DNA of 46,883 nucleotides from Acidimicrobiia bacterium (GTDB taxonomy: Bacteria; Actinomycetota; Acidimicrobiia; Spongiisociales; JAENVV01): NCBI GenBank assembly GCA_041577335.1, contig JBFGJH010000019.1, positions 1 through 46,883 of the forward strand, given 5' to 3'. The notes below the pieces were generated by a model. That model was given only the letters and a program-made list of their open reading frames with translations, made no database searches and had not been told where the DNA came from. The stretch's first letter is position 1; each line of letters opens with the position of its first letter. Shown one piece after another: positions 1-8,146 of this stretch. The position numbers and the translations under genes were made by a program.

Positions 1-1215
1 GATGTGCGGCACCGTGGAGTTGGCAACGGCGTTCACCATTTTGGCGCCGTCCTTGATGATGCCCCGCTGCTCGTAATCCTTGCCCACCATGTAGCCGGTG
101 GTGTTCTGCATGAAGATGATGGGGATGTCGTACTTGTTGCAGAGCAAGATGAATTCGGTTGCTTTGTGGGCCTCTTCGCTGAAGAGGACACCTTGTTGGT
201 TGGCGATGATGCCGACCGGGAATCCGTGGATGTGTGCCCAGCCGGTGAGCAGAGAGACGCCATAGAGCTGCTTGTACTCGTCGAACTCCGAGCCATCGAC
301 CACCCGCGCCAGGATCTCTCTCATGTCGAACGGGACCTTGAGGTCGGCCGATACGACACCCATCAAATCCTCGGCGTCGTACTTCGGCTCGACGGTCGGC
401 TGGGTGGGGCCGTAGCCATGCTTTCGCCAGTTCAAATGAGCGACGATCTGACGTCCGATCCGGAGCGCGTCGTGTTCGTCGACCGCGTAGTAGTCGGACA
501 GGCCTGAAACCCGCGAGTGCATGTCGGCGCCGCCGAGTTCCTCGTCGGTTGATTCCTCCCCGGTCGCCATCTTCACCAGTGGTGGGCCGCCCAGGAACAC
601 CTTGGCGCGTTCCTTGACCATCACGGCGTAGTCGGCCATCCCCGGGACGTAGGCGCCACCGGCCGTGGAGTTGCCGAACACCAGCGAGATCGTGGGGATG
701 CCCATCCGAGACATCTGCGTGAGGTTGCGGAACCATTTCCCACCGGTCATGAACACTTCGCCCTGTTTGGGAAGGTCGGCGCCGCCGGACTCGGTGAGGT
801 TGATCAAGGGCATCCGGTTTTCCCGGGCAATGTCCTGAGCCCGCAGCGACTTGTACAGGCTGTACGGGTTCAGGCTGCCTCCCTGCATGGTGGGATCGTT
901 GGCCGAGATCACGCATTCGACGCCTTCGACTACGCCGATGCCGGTGACGAGGTTGGCTCCCAAGAGGTAGTCGCTGCCCCACGCCGCCAGTGACGACAAC
1001 TCGAGGAATGGTGAGTCGGGATCCAAGAGCAGCTCGATGCGCTCACGCACGAGGAGCTTCCCTCGTTTGTGGTGACGGGTGATGTACTTCTCTCCGCCAC
1101 CCGCTCGCGAGGTGGCGAGCAGCGCATCGAGCTCGTCGACCGCTGCTTGCATGGCCGATGCGTTGCTATGGAACTCATCGCTGGTGCGGGTGAGTTTCGA
1201 CGTGAGCACAGGCAT
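1..1215 (-). CDS. Acyl-CoA carboxylase carboxyltransferase (beta) subunit, 3' end outside window
   Basis: Not in the ORF track because it runs off the edge. Manual translation from ATG 1215 gives MPVLTSKL...GKLLVRERIELLLD...ANDPTMQGGS...ESGGADLP...GNSTAGGAYVP...LGGPPLVKMATGE, typical of MCC/geranyl-CoA carboxylase beta subunits. Confidence 0.92.
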   Translation of the reverse strand, partial: MPVLTSKLTRTSDEFHSNASAMQAAVDELDALLATSRAGGGEKYITRHHKRGKLLVRERIELLLDPDSPFLELSSLAAWGSDYLLGANLVTGIGVVEGVECVISANDPTMQGGSLNPYSLYKSLRAQDIARENRMPLINLTESGGADLPKQGEVFMTGGKWFRNLTQMSRMGIPTISLVFGNSTAGGAYVPGMADYAVMVKERAKVFLGGPPLVKMATGEESTDEELGGADMHSRVSGLSDYYAVDEHDALRIGRQIVAHLNWRKHGYGPTQPTVEPKYDAEDLMGVVSADLKVPFDMREILARVVDGSEFDEYKQLYGVSLLTGWAHIHGFPVGIIANQQGVLFSEEAHKATEFILLCNKYDIPIIFMQNTTGYMVGKDYEQRGIIKDGAKMVNAVANSTVPHI

Positions 1216-1311
1216 GGGCTGACAGATTAGCGGGCCGGCTCTCAGCACCCCGCGGGCGGCGGCTCCCATGGGACGTGTGTCATTGCCCCGATAGCCCGAT
1301 ACCATCGGCCT

Positions 1312-1614
1312 ATGGAAGGCCTCGTGCAGATCGCCTATTACTTCGATTCGACGACAGCTCAGATCGAACGAGCCAAACTGGAATCGGCGGGTATCCCGGC
1401 TCAGGTCTTCGTCGAAGACCTGGCCAAACAGGGACCGGCACAGGGTCGTCTCATGGTCCCGGCATCAGCTGTCGACGAGGCCTGTGAGGTCTTGGAAATC
1501 GACCGGCCTGGGGAGGAATCGGTACAGGAGATCGGCCAGAACTGGTACGTCGTGATCGGCATCGTTCTCGCCATCGCGCTGGCGGGCATTATCTCGGTCA
1601 TGCTCAGGATCTGA
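1312..1614 (+). CDS. Small membrane protein with DUF2007/putative signal-transducing domain and C-terminal TM helix
   Basis: AKLESAGIPAQV motif, hydrophobic C-terminus, TACCAT -10 six nt upstream of ATG. Confidence 0.55.
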   Translation: MEGLVQIAYYFDSTTAQIERAKLESAGIPAQVFVEDLAKQGPAQGRLMVPASAVDEACEVLEIDRPGEESVQEIGQNWYVVIGIVLAIALAGIISVMLRI

Positions 1615-1669
1615 TACACCGCCGACGATTCGCACCGGGCCGCCGTCCTTGCTGGTATACAGGATCGAT

Positions 1670-2884
1670 ATGCACATCCTGATCGCAGATTCGTTCCCGG
1701 CAGCTCATCTCGAACAACTTGCGATCGCCGGCCACAGGGTGGACTATCAACCTTCGCTGACGGCGGAAACACTGCCCGAGCATGTGGCTGGCCCCGAGAC
1801 GCTCATCGTCCGCTCGACGAAGGTCAGCGCTGCCACGATCGTGGCCTCCGACGCGCTTTCGTTGATCATTCGCGCAGGTGCCGGAACCAACACGATTGAT
1901 ACCGACACGGCGGCCGCTCGCGGGATCTACGTCTGCAACGTTCCCGGCAAGAATTCGATTGCCGTGGCTGAGCTCACCATGGGTCTGATGATGGCTCTCG
2001 ATCGCAACATCCCGGACAACGTTGCCGCGCTCAGGGCGGGCCAATGGGACAAAAAGCGATTCAGCGAGGCACATGGCCTCTACGGGAAGACGGTTGGCAT
2101 TCTCGGCCTCGGATCGATTGGCCTCGAGGTCGCTACCAGGGCGTCGGCGTTCGGTATGCGCGTTGTCGGAGTTCGTGACCCGGGACGGCCGCCCGAGCGG
2201 GTCAAGGCGGCAGAGAATGCCGGCGTGGAGTGGGTGGCCGGCCAAGACGAGTTGCTGGCGACCTCCGACATCATCACAATCCATGTGCCACTCAACGACG
2301 AAACGCGCCGACTCGTCGACGGTGCGTTTCTCGCCAAGTGCCGGGACGGAACTTGGATCATCAACACCTCGCGTGGTGAGGTAGTTGATCAACCGGCACT
2401 GCTCGAGGCACTCACCCAGCGAGGCATGCGCGCCGGTCTCGACGTTTTTCCGGATGAGCCGGCGACCGGAGCAGATGAGTACGACTCCGAGTTGGCTGCC
2501 CATCCGTCGGTATATGGGACACACCACATCGGAGCGTCGACCGCCCAGGCACAACTCTCCATCGCCGATGCGGTTCTCGATATTCTCGCCGACTACCGGC
2601 GCGGGGTCATTCACAATTGTGTGAACCTCGAGACCTCGCCACGCGGCACCTGCTCGATCTCGGTCCGCCACCTGGATCGGGTCGGGGTGTTGTCGGCTGT
2701 GCTCGGAGTTCTGAAAGAAGAGCACATCAACGTCGGGCAAATGGAGAATCGCATCTTCAAGGGTTCGACCGCGGCGGTGGCCAACATCAGTGTCGACCGG
2801 TCCATCCCGACTGAGGTAGCCGACCGAATCGCCGAGCTCGATCACGTCATTGGCGTTCGCATCAACCACGAGGAGCAACAGTGA
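1670..2884 (+). CDS. serA: D-3-phosphoglycerate dehydrogenase with C-terminal ACT domain
   Basis: RAGAGTNTID, GILGLGSIG Rossmann motif, INTSRG, LDVFPDEP, HIGAST; ACT-like tail; overlaps serC start (GTGA). Confidence 0.88.
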   Translation: MHILIADSFPAAHLEQLAIAGHRVDYQPSLTAETLPEHVAGPETLIVRSTKVSAATIVASDALSLIIRAGAGTNTIDTDTAAARGIYVCNVPGKNSIAVAELTMGLMMALDRNIPDNVAALRAGQWDKKRFSEAHGLYGKTVGILGLGSIGLEVATRASAFGMRVVGVRDPGRPPERVKAAENAGVEWVAGQDELLATSDIITIHVPLNDETRRLVDGAFLAKCRDGTWIINTSRGEVVDQPALLEALTQRGMRAGLDVFPDEPATGADEYDSELAAHPSVYGTHHIGASTAQAQLSIADAVLDILADYRRGVIHNCVNLETSPRGTCSISVRHLDRVGVLSAVLGVLKEEHINVGQMENRIFKGSTAAVANISVDRSIPTEVADRIAELDHVIGVRINHEEQQ

Positions 2885-3960
2885 AACGCGTCTACAACTT
2901 CAGCGCGGGCCCTTGCACGCTTCCGTTGGAGGTGCTCGAGGAGGCTCGGGCCGAGTTCGTTGACTACGGCGGTGCCGGCATGTCGCTCATCGAGATGAGC
3001 CACCGTTCTTCTGAGTACGACGCCGTCCACGAAGGTGCGATGAGCCTTGCCAAGTCGGTGTTCGGCGCCCCCGACGACTTTGAGGTCCTCTTCCTCGGTG
3101 GAGGGGCAACGTTGCAATTTGCGATGGTTCCGATGAATCTGCTCGGCGCCGGCGAGCAGGCGGCATATGTGGATTCGGGAGCTTGGGGGGCCAAAGCAAT
3201 ATCCGACGGCTCCCACCATGGCGATGTCTACACCGCATGGAGTGGCCGAGCCGAGGCATATTCGAGGATGCCCCACCCCGACGAGTTGGCACTCGTCGAC
3301 AACACCCGGTACCTCCATGTGACATCCAACGAGACGATCCACGGCATACGTCTTGCGGAGTTTCCTGATGTTGGCGTTCCGCTCGTCGGCGACATGTCCT
3401 CCGACTACATGAGCAGGGCGATTCCGTGGAACCTGTTCGACGTGGTGTACGGCGGCGCCCAAAAGAACCTGGGACCGGCCGGCGTCGACATCACTTTCGT
3501 GCGTCGCAGCGTGCTCGAACGAACGAATCGGAACCTCGCCGCGTATCTCCGGTACGACATACATGCCGAGACGCGATCCTTGCACAACACCCCGCCGGTC
3601 TTTGCCATCTACATGGTTGGCAAGGTGCTGCGGTGGATGGAAGATCAGGGCGGGTTGGCAGCCATGGAAGCCGCTGCCGCCCAGAAATCAGGTCTCGTCT
3701 ACGAAGCCATCGAGGCCAGCGAAGGGTTCTATCGCAGCCCGGTGGAGCCAGCTTCGCGGTCTCATATGAACGTTGTGTTCACGATGGCCGACGGCGAAAT
3801 CGAGAAGGCGTTTCTGGCTGGTGCCTCCCATCGCGACCTGGTCAACCTCAAGGGCCATCGCAGTCTTGGGGGGGTGCGGGCGTCTCTGTACAACGCCATG
3901 CCTCTCGCCGGAGTCGAGGCGCTGGTGGCCTATATGGAGGATTTCCAGGCTTCGGCCTGA
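2881..3960 (+). CDS. serC: Phosphoserine aminotransferase
   Basis: YNFSAGP, EMSHRS, GGATLQF, SNETIHG, DMSS, GAQKNLGPAG, NTPP, GHRSLGGVRASLYNA. Confidence 0.96.
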   Translation: MKRVYNFSAGPCTLPLEVLEEARAEFVDYGGAGMSLIEMSHRSSEYDAVHEGAMSLAKSVFGAPDDFEVLFLGGGATLQFAMVPMNLLGAGEQAAYVDSGAWGAKAISDGSHHGDVYTAWSGRAEAYSRMPHPDELALVDNTRYLHVTSNETIHGIRLAEFPDVGVPLVGDMSSDYMSRAIPWNLFDVVYGGAQKNLGPAGVDITFVRRSVLERTNRNLAAYLRYDIHAETRSLHNTPPVFAIYMVGKVLRWMEDQGGLAAMEAAAAQKSGLVYEAIEASEGFYRSPVEPASRSHMNVVFTMADGEIEKAFLAGASHRDLVNLKGHRSLGGVRASLYNAMPLAGVEALVAYMEDFQASA

Positions 3961-3965
3961 TCGAC

Positions 3966-5111
3966 ATGCAGATTCAGGCGATCGCTGCCCAGTGTGTGCG
4001 CGCCGAGGTCGCCTCCCGGGTGGTCGTACCCTCATTCGACGCGCTGTCCGACGACGACAAAGAGGCGATTCGGCGTGAGAATCCTTTGTCGTTTCTGCAC
4101 GCCATGCACTCTCCGGAGCCTTCGTTCGAGCGGGCTCTCGAAGCCTCCAAGGCAGGCCTGACACATCTCGTGGAAGCCGACGTTTTTGGAGACGAGCTCG
4201 ATCCGGTCTTGTTTGTCTACCGGATGACGCACTCTCGCGGGGCGCAGACCGGCGTGGTTTGTGGCATCGCTGCGACCCAATTCGCCCCCGGGGGTGATGT
4301 GTTGCCCCACGAAGCCGTCAAGCCGGATCTCGTGGACTACCTTGCCCGCTACCTCGCGCAGCTCGGTGTGTCGTCCAGCCCCGTGAAGGCCGCCTTCCGC
4401 TCGGATGCAACCATCGAGCGACTCCTGCAAGACCACTCTGCCCGAGCGCCGTTGTTGAACTTCGGAGACGCCAGCGACCTACGGCAAGATATCTGGGCCG
4501 TCACCGACGAAGCTGAGATTGCCGCGCTGCTCGCTGCGTTCGGAGAAGTGGAAAAGGCGTACATCACCGACGGCCATCATCGCAGCGCCGCCGCCCTCCA
4601 CATCTCGCCGGCAACGCCGGTGCTCACGGTGCTGTTTCCCGACCATCACCTCTTCATCACCCAATTCAACCGGGTGGTGCGTGACGTGCCGCTCGCCGGG
4701 CTCCGCCAATGGCTGACCTCCGTCGGCGCAACGAATTGCGAGACTCCTCCGGTGTCGTTGGAGCCAGGTTCTGTGGGTGTATTCGTCGATGGAAGGTGGT
4801 ACCGCGCATCGCTGCCGGCGGTCCCCCGCAATCCTCCGGAGTCGTTGGACCCGTCGGTTCTGCAGACAGAGGTTCTGGCGCCCATCCTTGGCATCGAGAA
4901 CCCGGCCACCGACGAGCGACTGCAATTCGTTCCCGGCTCGGTGTCACTCGAAACGTTGGAGGTGCGTGCCGGCGATGGGGCAGCATTTGCCCTTGCGGCA
5001 GTGTCCGTGGCCGACGTCATGGACGTCGCCGATCGCGGTTTGGCCATGCCTGCGAAATCAACGTACTTCGAGCCAAAGGCTCGGAGCGGGATCTTTCTGA
5101 TGCGTCATTGA
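3966..5111 (+). CDS. DUF1015 family protein (ParB/sulfiredoxin-like DGHHR motif)
   Basis: NPLSFLH, PHE, YITDGHHRSAAA, MPAKSTYFEPKARSG C-terminal motif; start reassigned to ATG 3966 just after the serC stop. Confidence 0.85.
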   Translation: MQIQAIAAQCVRAEVASRVVVPSFDALSDDDKEAIRRENPLSFLHAMHSPEPSFERALEASKAGLTHLVEADVFGDELDPVLFVYRMTHSRGAQTGVVCGIAATQFAPGGDVLPHEAVKPDLVDYLARYLAQLGVSSSPVKAAFRSDATIERLLQDHSARAPLLNFGDASDLRQDIWAVTDEAEIAALLAAFGEVEKAYITDGHHRSAAALHISPATPVLTVLFPDHHLFITQFNRVVRDVPLAGLRQWLTSVGATNCETPPVSLEPGSVGVFVDGRWYRASLPAVPRNPPESLDPSVLQTEVLAPILGIENPATDERLQFVPGSVSLETLEVRAGDGAAFALAAVSVADVMDVADRGLAMPAKSTYFEPKARSGIFLMRH

Positions 5112-5683
5112 GCGGCGGCTCTGGCACCGGCCAACAACGCAGCCATGGCCATCTGCTCGACGACTTCGCGTGAGGACTCGTCCATGCGTTTGGACATGGT
5201 CACCGAGTTGATCATCCCGGAGACTGCCAGCACCACCGCCCGCAGTTGTTCCTCGGGAGCTTTTGGCGAGATCTCCTCGAGCAGCCCGACCCATCCCGCT
5301 ATGTAGGCGCTCTGTTTTTCACCAATACGCTTCCGATCCGGATCCGGCAGGTTCCGCTCTTCCTGGACGTAGACGCTGATCAATTCCGCTGATCCATATG
5401 CAAAAGAGGCGTGCGTACGGACCAGGCGGGCGAGCGCGGCGGTCGGGTCTGGTTCTTCGGCAAACACTCGTTCATTGTGCGCGAGCAATCGGTCGACGAC
5501 CCGCTCAGACATTGCCACGAGCAGCGAGTGCTTGTTTGGGAAATGGCGATAGACCCCAGGGCCGGAGATACCCGCGGCGGCACCGATCTCGTCGATACCT
5601 GCCCCGTGAAATCCGTGCGTCCGGAACAGCGCGACGGCTGCGTCGAGGATCATCTCCCGCCGGGGTTGTTCCGTGGTGGTCAT
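5105..5683 (-). CDS. TetR/AcrR family transcriptional regulator
   Basis: RREMILDAAVALFRTHGFHGAGIDEIGAAAGISGPGVYRHFPNK N-terminal HTH. Confidence 0.93.
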   Translation of the reverse strand: MTTTEQPRREMILDAAVALFRTHGFHGAGIDEIGAAAGISGPGVYRHFPNKHSLLVAMSERVVDRLLAHNERVFAEEPDPTAALARLVRTHASFAYGSAELISVYVQEERNLPDPDRKRIGEKQSAYIAGWVGLLEEISPKAPEEQLRAVVLAVSGMINSVTMSKRMDESSREVVEQMAMAALLAGARAAAQ

Positions 5684-5704
5684 GGAGCCAGTCTAGAGAG
5701 ACCC

Positions 5705-5824
5705 GAACCCCGGGCTCAGTGACGCGTTATTGCAACCGTGGGACTCCAGGTTCGAACCCGGGGTTGAACCCCGGGTTCAGTGACGCGTTTTTGCAACGCT
5801 GAACCCCGGGTTGAACCCGGGGTT
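5705..5824. repeat. Nested repeat cluster: 32-bp direct repeat plus five GAACCC(C/G)GGG(T/C)T units
   Basis: 5705-5736 versus 5766-5797 differ at 2 positions; units start at 5705, 5754, 5766, 5801 and 5813. Confidence 0.85.
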
Positions 5825-5877
5825 TGTTTGCTGTGCGCTTATCGCGGACATATCTGAGAAGGCAGTAATGTGCCGCC

Positions 5878-7962
5878 GTGCATTCCGCTCGATTGATCCC
5901 CTTCCTGCTTGTTCTGCTGCTTCTCCTGCAGGTGCCCGCCACCGCCCAAGAGGACGGTGAACAAACGCCGCGCACCCCAACGGACATCGTCCACGACCAC
6001 GGCCCGGACCCACAAGGTCAGGAAACGTGGCCGAGCTTCAACGAATCGAACGGCTGCGATCTCCTGAGTGCGCCCTCACCATCGGCCAGCAAGATCGGCA
6101 CGCTGGGCGATAGCGAGAAGATCGGTGGCCCGTACGGCGATTTCTTCGGTCGCACGATCGGAGAGGTACGGGATCATCTCGTTGATTGGACCGTGCCCAT
6201 GAGCGGCGGGCACACCGTGAAAGTGCACGAGCGAGCGCTGCCTGCATTTGAACTCGTTTCCGCCAACCTGGCTGCCGAACAAGCCTTGGGCAACTACTAC
6301 GCAATCAATCCGACGTACACGGGCAGTTTCGTGCCCCGCACGGTTGGGGGCATGTATGGCATCTCCCGGCATTCGTACGGTTCGACGATCGACATCAACT
6401 GGCACACCAACCCCTTCCGGAGCGACGAGACCCTCATCACCAACATGCCCGACTGGTTCGTCAATGCCTGGAAGGATGCCGGCTTCTGCTGGGGCGGTGA
6501 TTGGATCGATTTCAAGGACCCGATGCACTACTCATGGCAGGGACCATCGCAGACGCCCGGCTACGGTGCTCCGCCCGGCGACATGCCGGTCACCACCGGC
6601 CTTGTGCCGTTCACCGAGCAGACCTCCTCCGAGACGGCTTTGTTCGCGGGTCGCCCGGGCGTCCATCTGGTGGCCAACGTCACGGGGCGAGGGGCGGGCG
6701 ACGAACTGTTCCTCAACGAGGACCTCGGTGGTGTTCTCATTCGCTTCACAACGCAGTCGTCTCAGTTCCAGGAATGCTCGGGAGGTCGCGGGTTCGCCGG
6801 CGGCCACTCGATCGACGAGCCTCTCATCGTTGGTGACCTCTCCGGCATGCAGCGAACGGACGTCGGATTCGTCGATGAGTCTGGACCGAAACTCGTGATC
6901 GACCTCTATCGGCTGATCGAGGGGTGGGTCGAAGAAGAGACTATCGAATCAGGCATCACGCCAACCCCTGGCTCCCAGTACCTCGTCGCCGACCACAACT
7001 GGGACGGCACGCCCGACATCTACGTCGTCCGGCCCGGCACAACCATCGACATCTACGACGGCGGCGACTTCACCACGCTTCTGGCGAGCTTTGGGTCGCT
7101 CAACGACACCGACGGGTGGAAGTTCACCGTTGGCGACTTCGATCTCGACGATCGGCCCGACGTGTACGCCCTCGAACCAGGCGCCTCCGGGGCTACGCTC
7201 CACGTCGTTGCCAACGACGGCACCCTGACCAAGGTCGCCACCGGCATTGACCTCCAAGCGACGTCCTCGGTCGCCGCGTTGGAATTCGATGGAGATGGAC
7301 GGGACGACCTGTGGGTCAACACCGACGGCGTGATGACGACCTGGCGAGGATCGGACGGCCCTCAGGACAGGGGCTGGGCACGGCCGCCCGACTGGGAATG
7401 CCCAGACGACTGGGATCCCATCGACTACTCCGGCCTGTTTCATGACGACGACAACTCGATCTTCGAATCCGACATCAACTGGTTGGGGGAAGAGCAGATC
7501 ACTCTGGGATGCAATCCTCCAGACAACGACGAATTCTGCCCATCAGACTCAGTGTCCCGTGCCCAGATGGCAGCCTTCTTGGTGAGGGCGCTCGACCTAC
7601 CTGACGGCCCTGACGCGGGTTTCACGGACGACGATGGGATCAGCTTCGAAAGCGACATAAATGCGCTGGCGGCAGCGGGCATCACCTTCGGGTGTTCGGC
7701 CACCGAGTTCTGCCCCTGGGATCCGGTGACCCGCGCCCAAATGGCTGCGTTCCTTGGAAGAGCGTTGAATCTGCCGCCCGGCGCTGATGCCGGATTCACC
7801 GATGACGACGGGTCGCAGTTCGAGGAGGACATCAACGCTCTGGCGGCGGCCGAAATCACGTTCGGTTGCACACCTGATCTCTTCTGCCCCGGCGACAACG
7901 TCACCAGGGGCCAGATGGCCGCCTTCTTGAAGAGGGCTCTGACTGGCCCGTTCGGCCCCTGA
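5878..7962 (+). CDS. Secreted M15-family (D-Ala-D-Ala/L-Ala-D-Glu type) metallopeptidase with FG-GAP-like repeats and C-terminal SLH domains
   Basis: Signal peptide; SRHSYGSTIDIN and WGGDW..KDPMHY zinc motifs; D-x-N/D-x-D-G-x-x-D-like repeats; FTDDDG..FESDINALAAAGIT and TRAQMAAFL SLH repeats. Confidence 0.82.
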   Translation: MHSARLIPFLLVLLLLLQVPATAQEDGEQTPRTPTDIVHDHGPDPQGQETWPSFNESNGCDLLSAPSPSASKIGTLGDSEKIGGPYGDFFGRTIGEVRDHLVDWTVPMSGGHTVKVHERALPAFELVSANLAAEQALGNYYAINPTYTGSFVPRTVGGMYGISRHSYGSTIDINWHTNPFRSDETLITNMPDWFVNAWKDAGFCWGGDWIDFKDPMHYSWQGPSQTPGYGAPPGDMPVTTGLVPFTEQTSSETALFAGRPGVHLVANVTGRGAGDELFLNEDLGGVLIRFTTQSSQFQECSGGRGFAGGHSIDEPLIVGDLSGMQRTDVGFVDESGPKLVIDLYRLIEGWVEEETIESGITPTPGSQYLVADHNWDGTPDIYVVRPGTTIDIYDGGDFTTLLASFGSLNDTDGWKFTVGDFDLDDRPDVYALEPGASGATLHVVANDGTLTKVATGIDLQATSSVAALEFDGDGRDDLWVNTDGVMTTWRGSDGPQDRGWARPPDWECPDDWDPIDYSGLFHDDDNSIFESDINWLGEEQITLGCNPPDNDEFCPSDSVSRAQMAAFLVRALDLPDGPDAGFTDDDGISFESDINALAAAGITFGCSATEFCPWDPVTRAQMAAFLGRALNLPPGADAGFTDDDGSQFEEDINALAAAEITFGCTPDLFCPGDNVTRGQMAAFLKRALTGPFGP

Positions 7963-8146
7963 GGGGAGTCCCGGCCCCGGGCATGGTTCTCGCCAACCGG
8001 CGAGACAGCCGGAGCTTCGGATCGACCGCTCCTTGCACCGGCCCAGAGCACGTCAGTTCTAACACTGGAGGTCGCCCGTCGATCTGGACCCATCCGGCAG
8101 GGCCGTTCGCTTCGTATGCCATCAAACCGATAGAAGAGGTGAAGAC

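Noticed and set aside
3426..3965. N-terminal extension of DUF1015 in the ORF track (likewise 11177-11506, 24763-25164, 35496-35855)
   Set aside because: Overlap upstream genes and lack protein-like composition; downstream starts are better supported
5705..5797. Mini-CRISPR (32-bp repeat, 29-bp spacer, 32-bp repeat)
   Set aside because: Only two repeats, the spacer contains the same GAACCCGGGGTT unit, and there are no cas genes in the window
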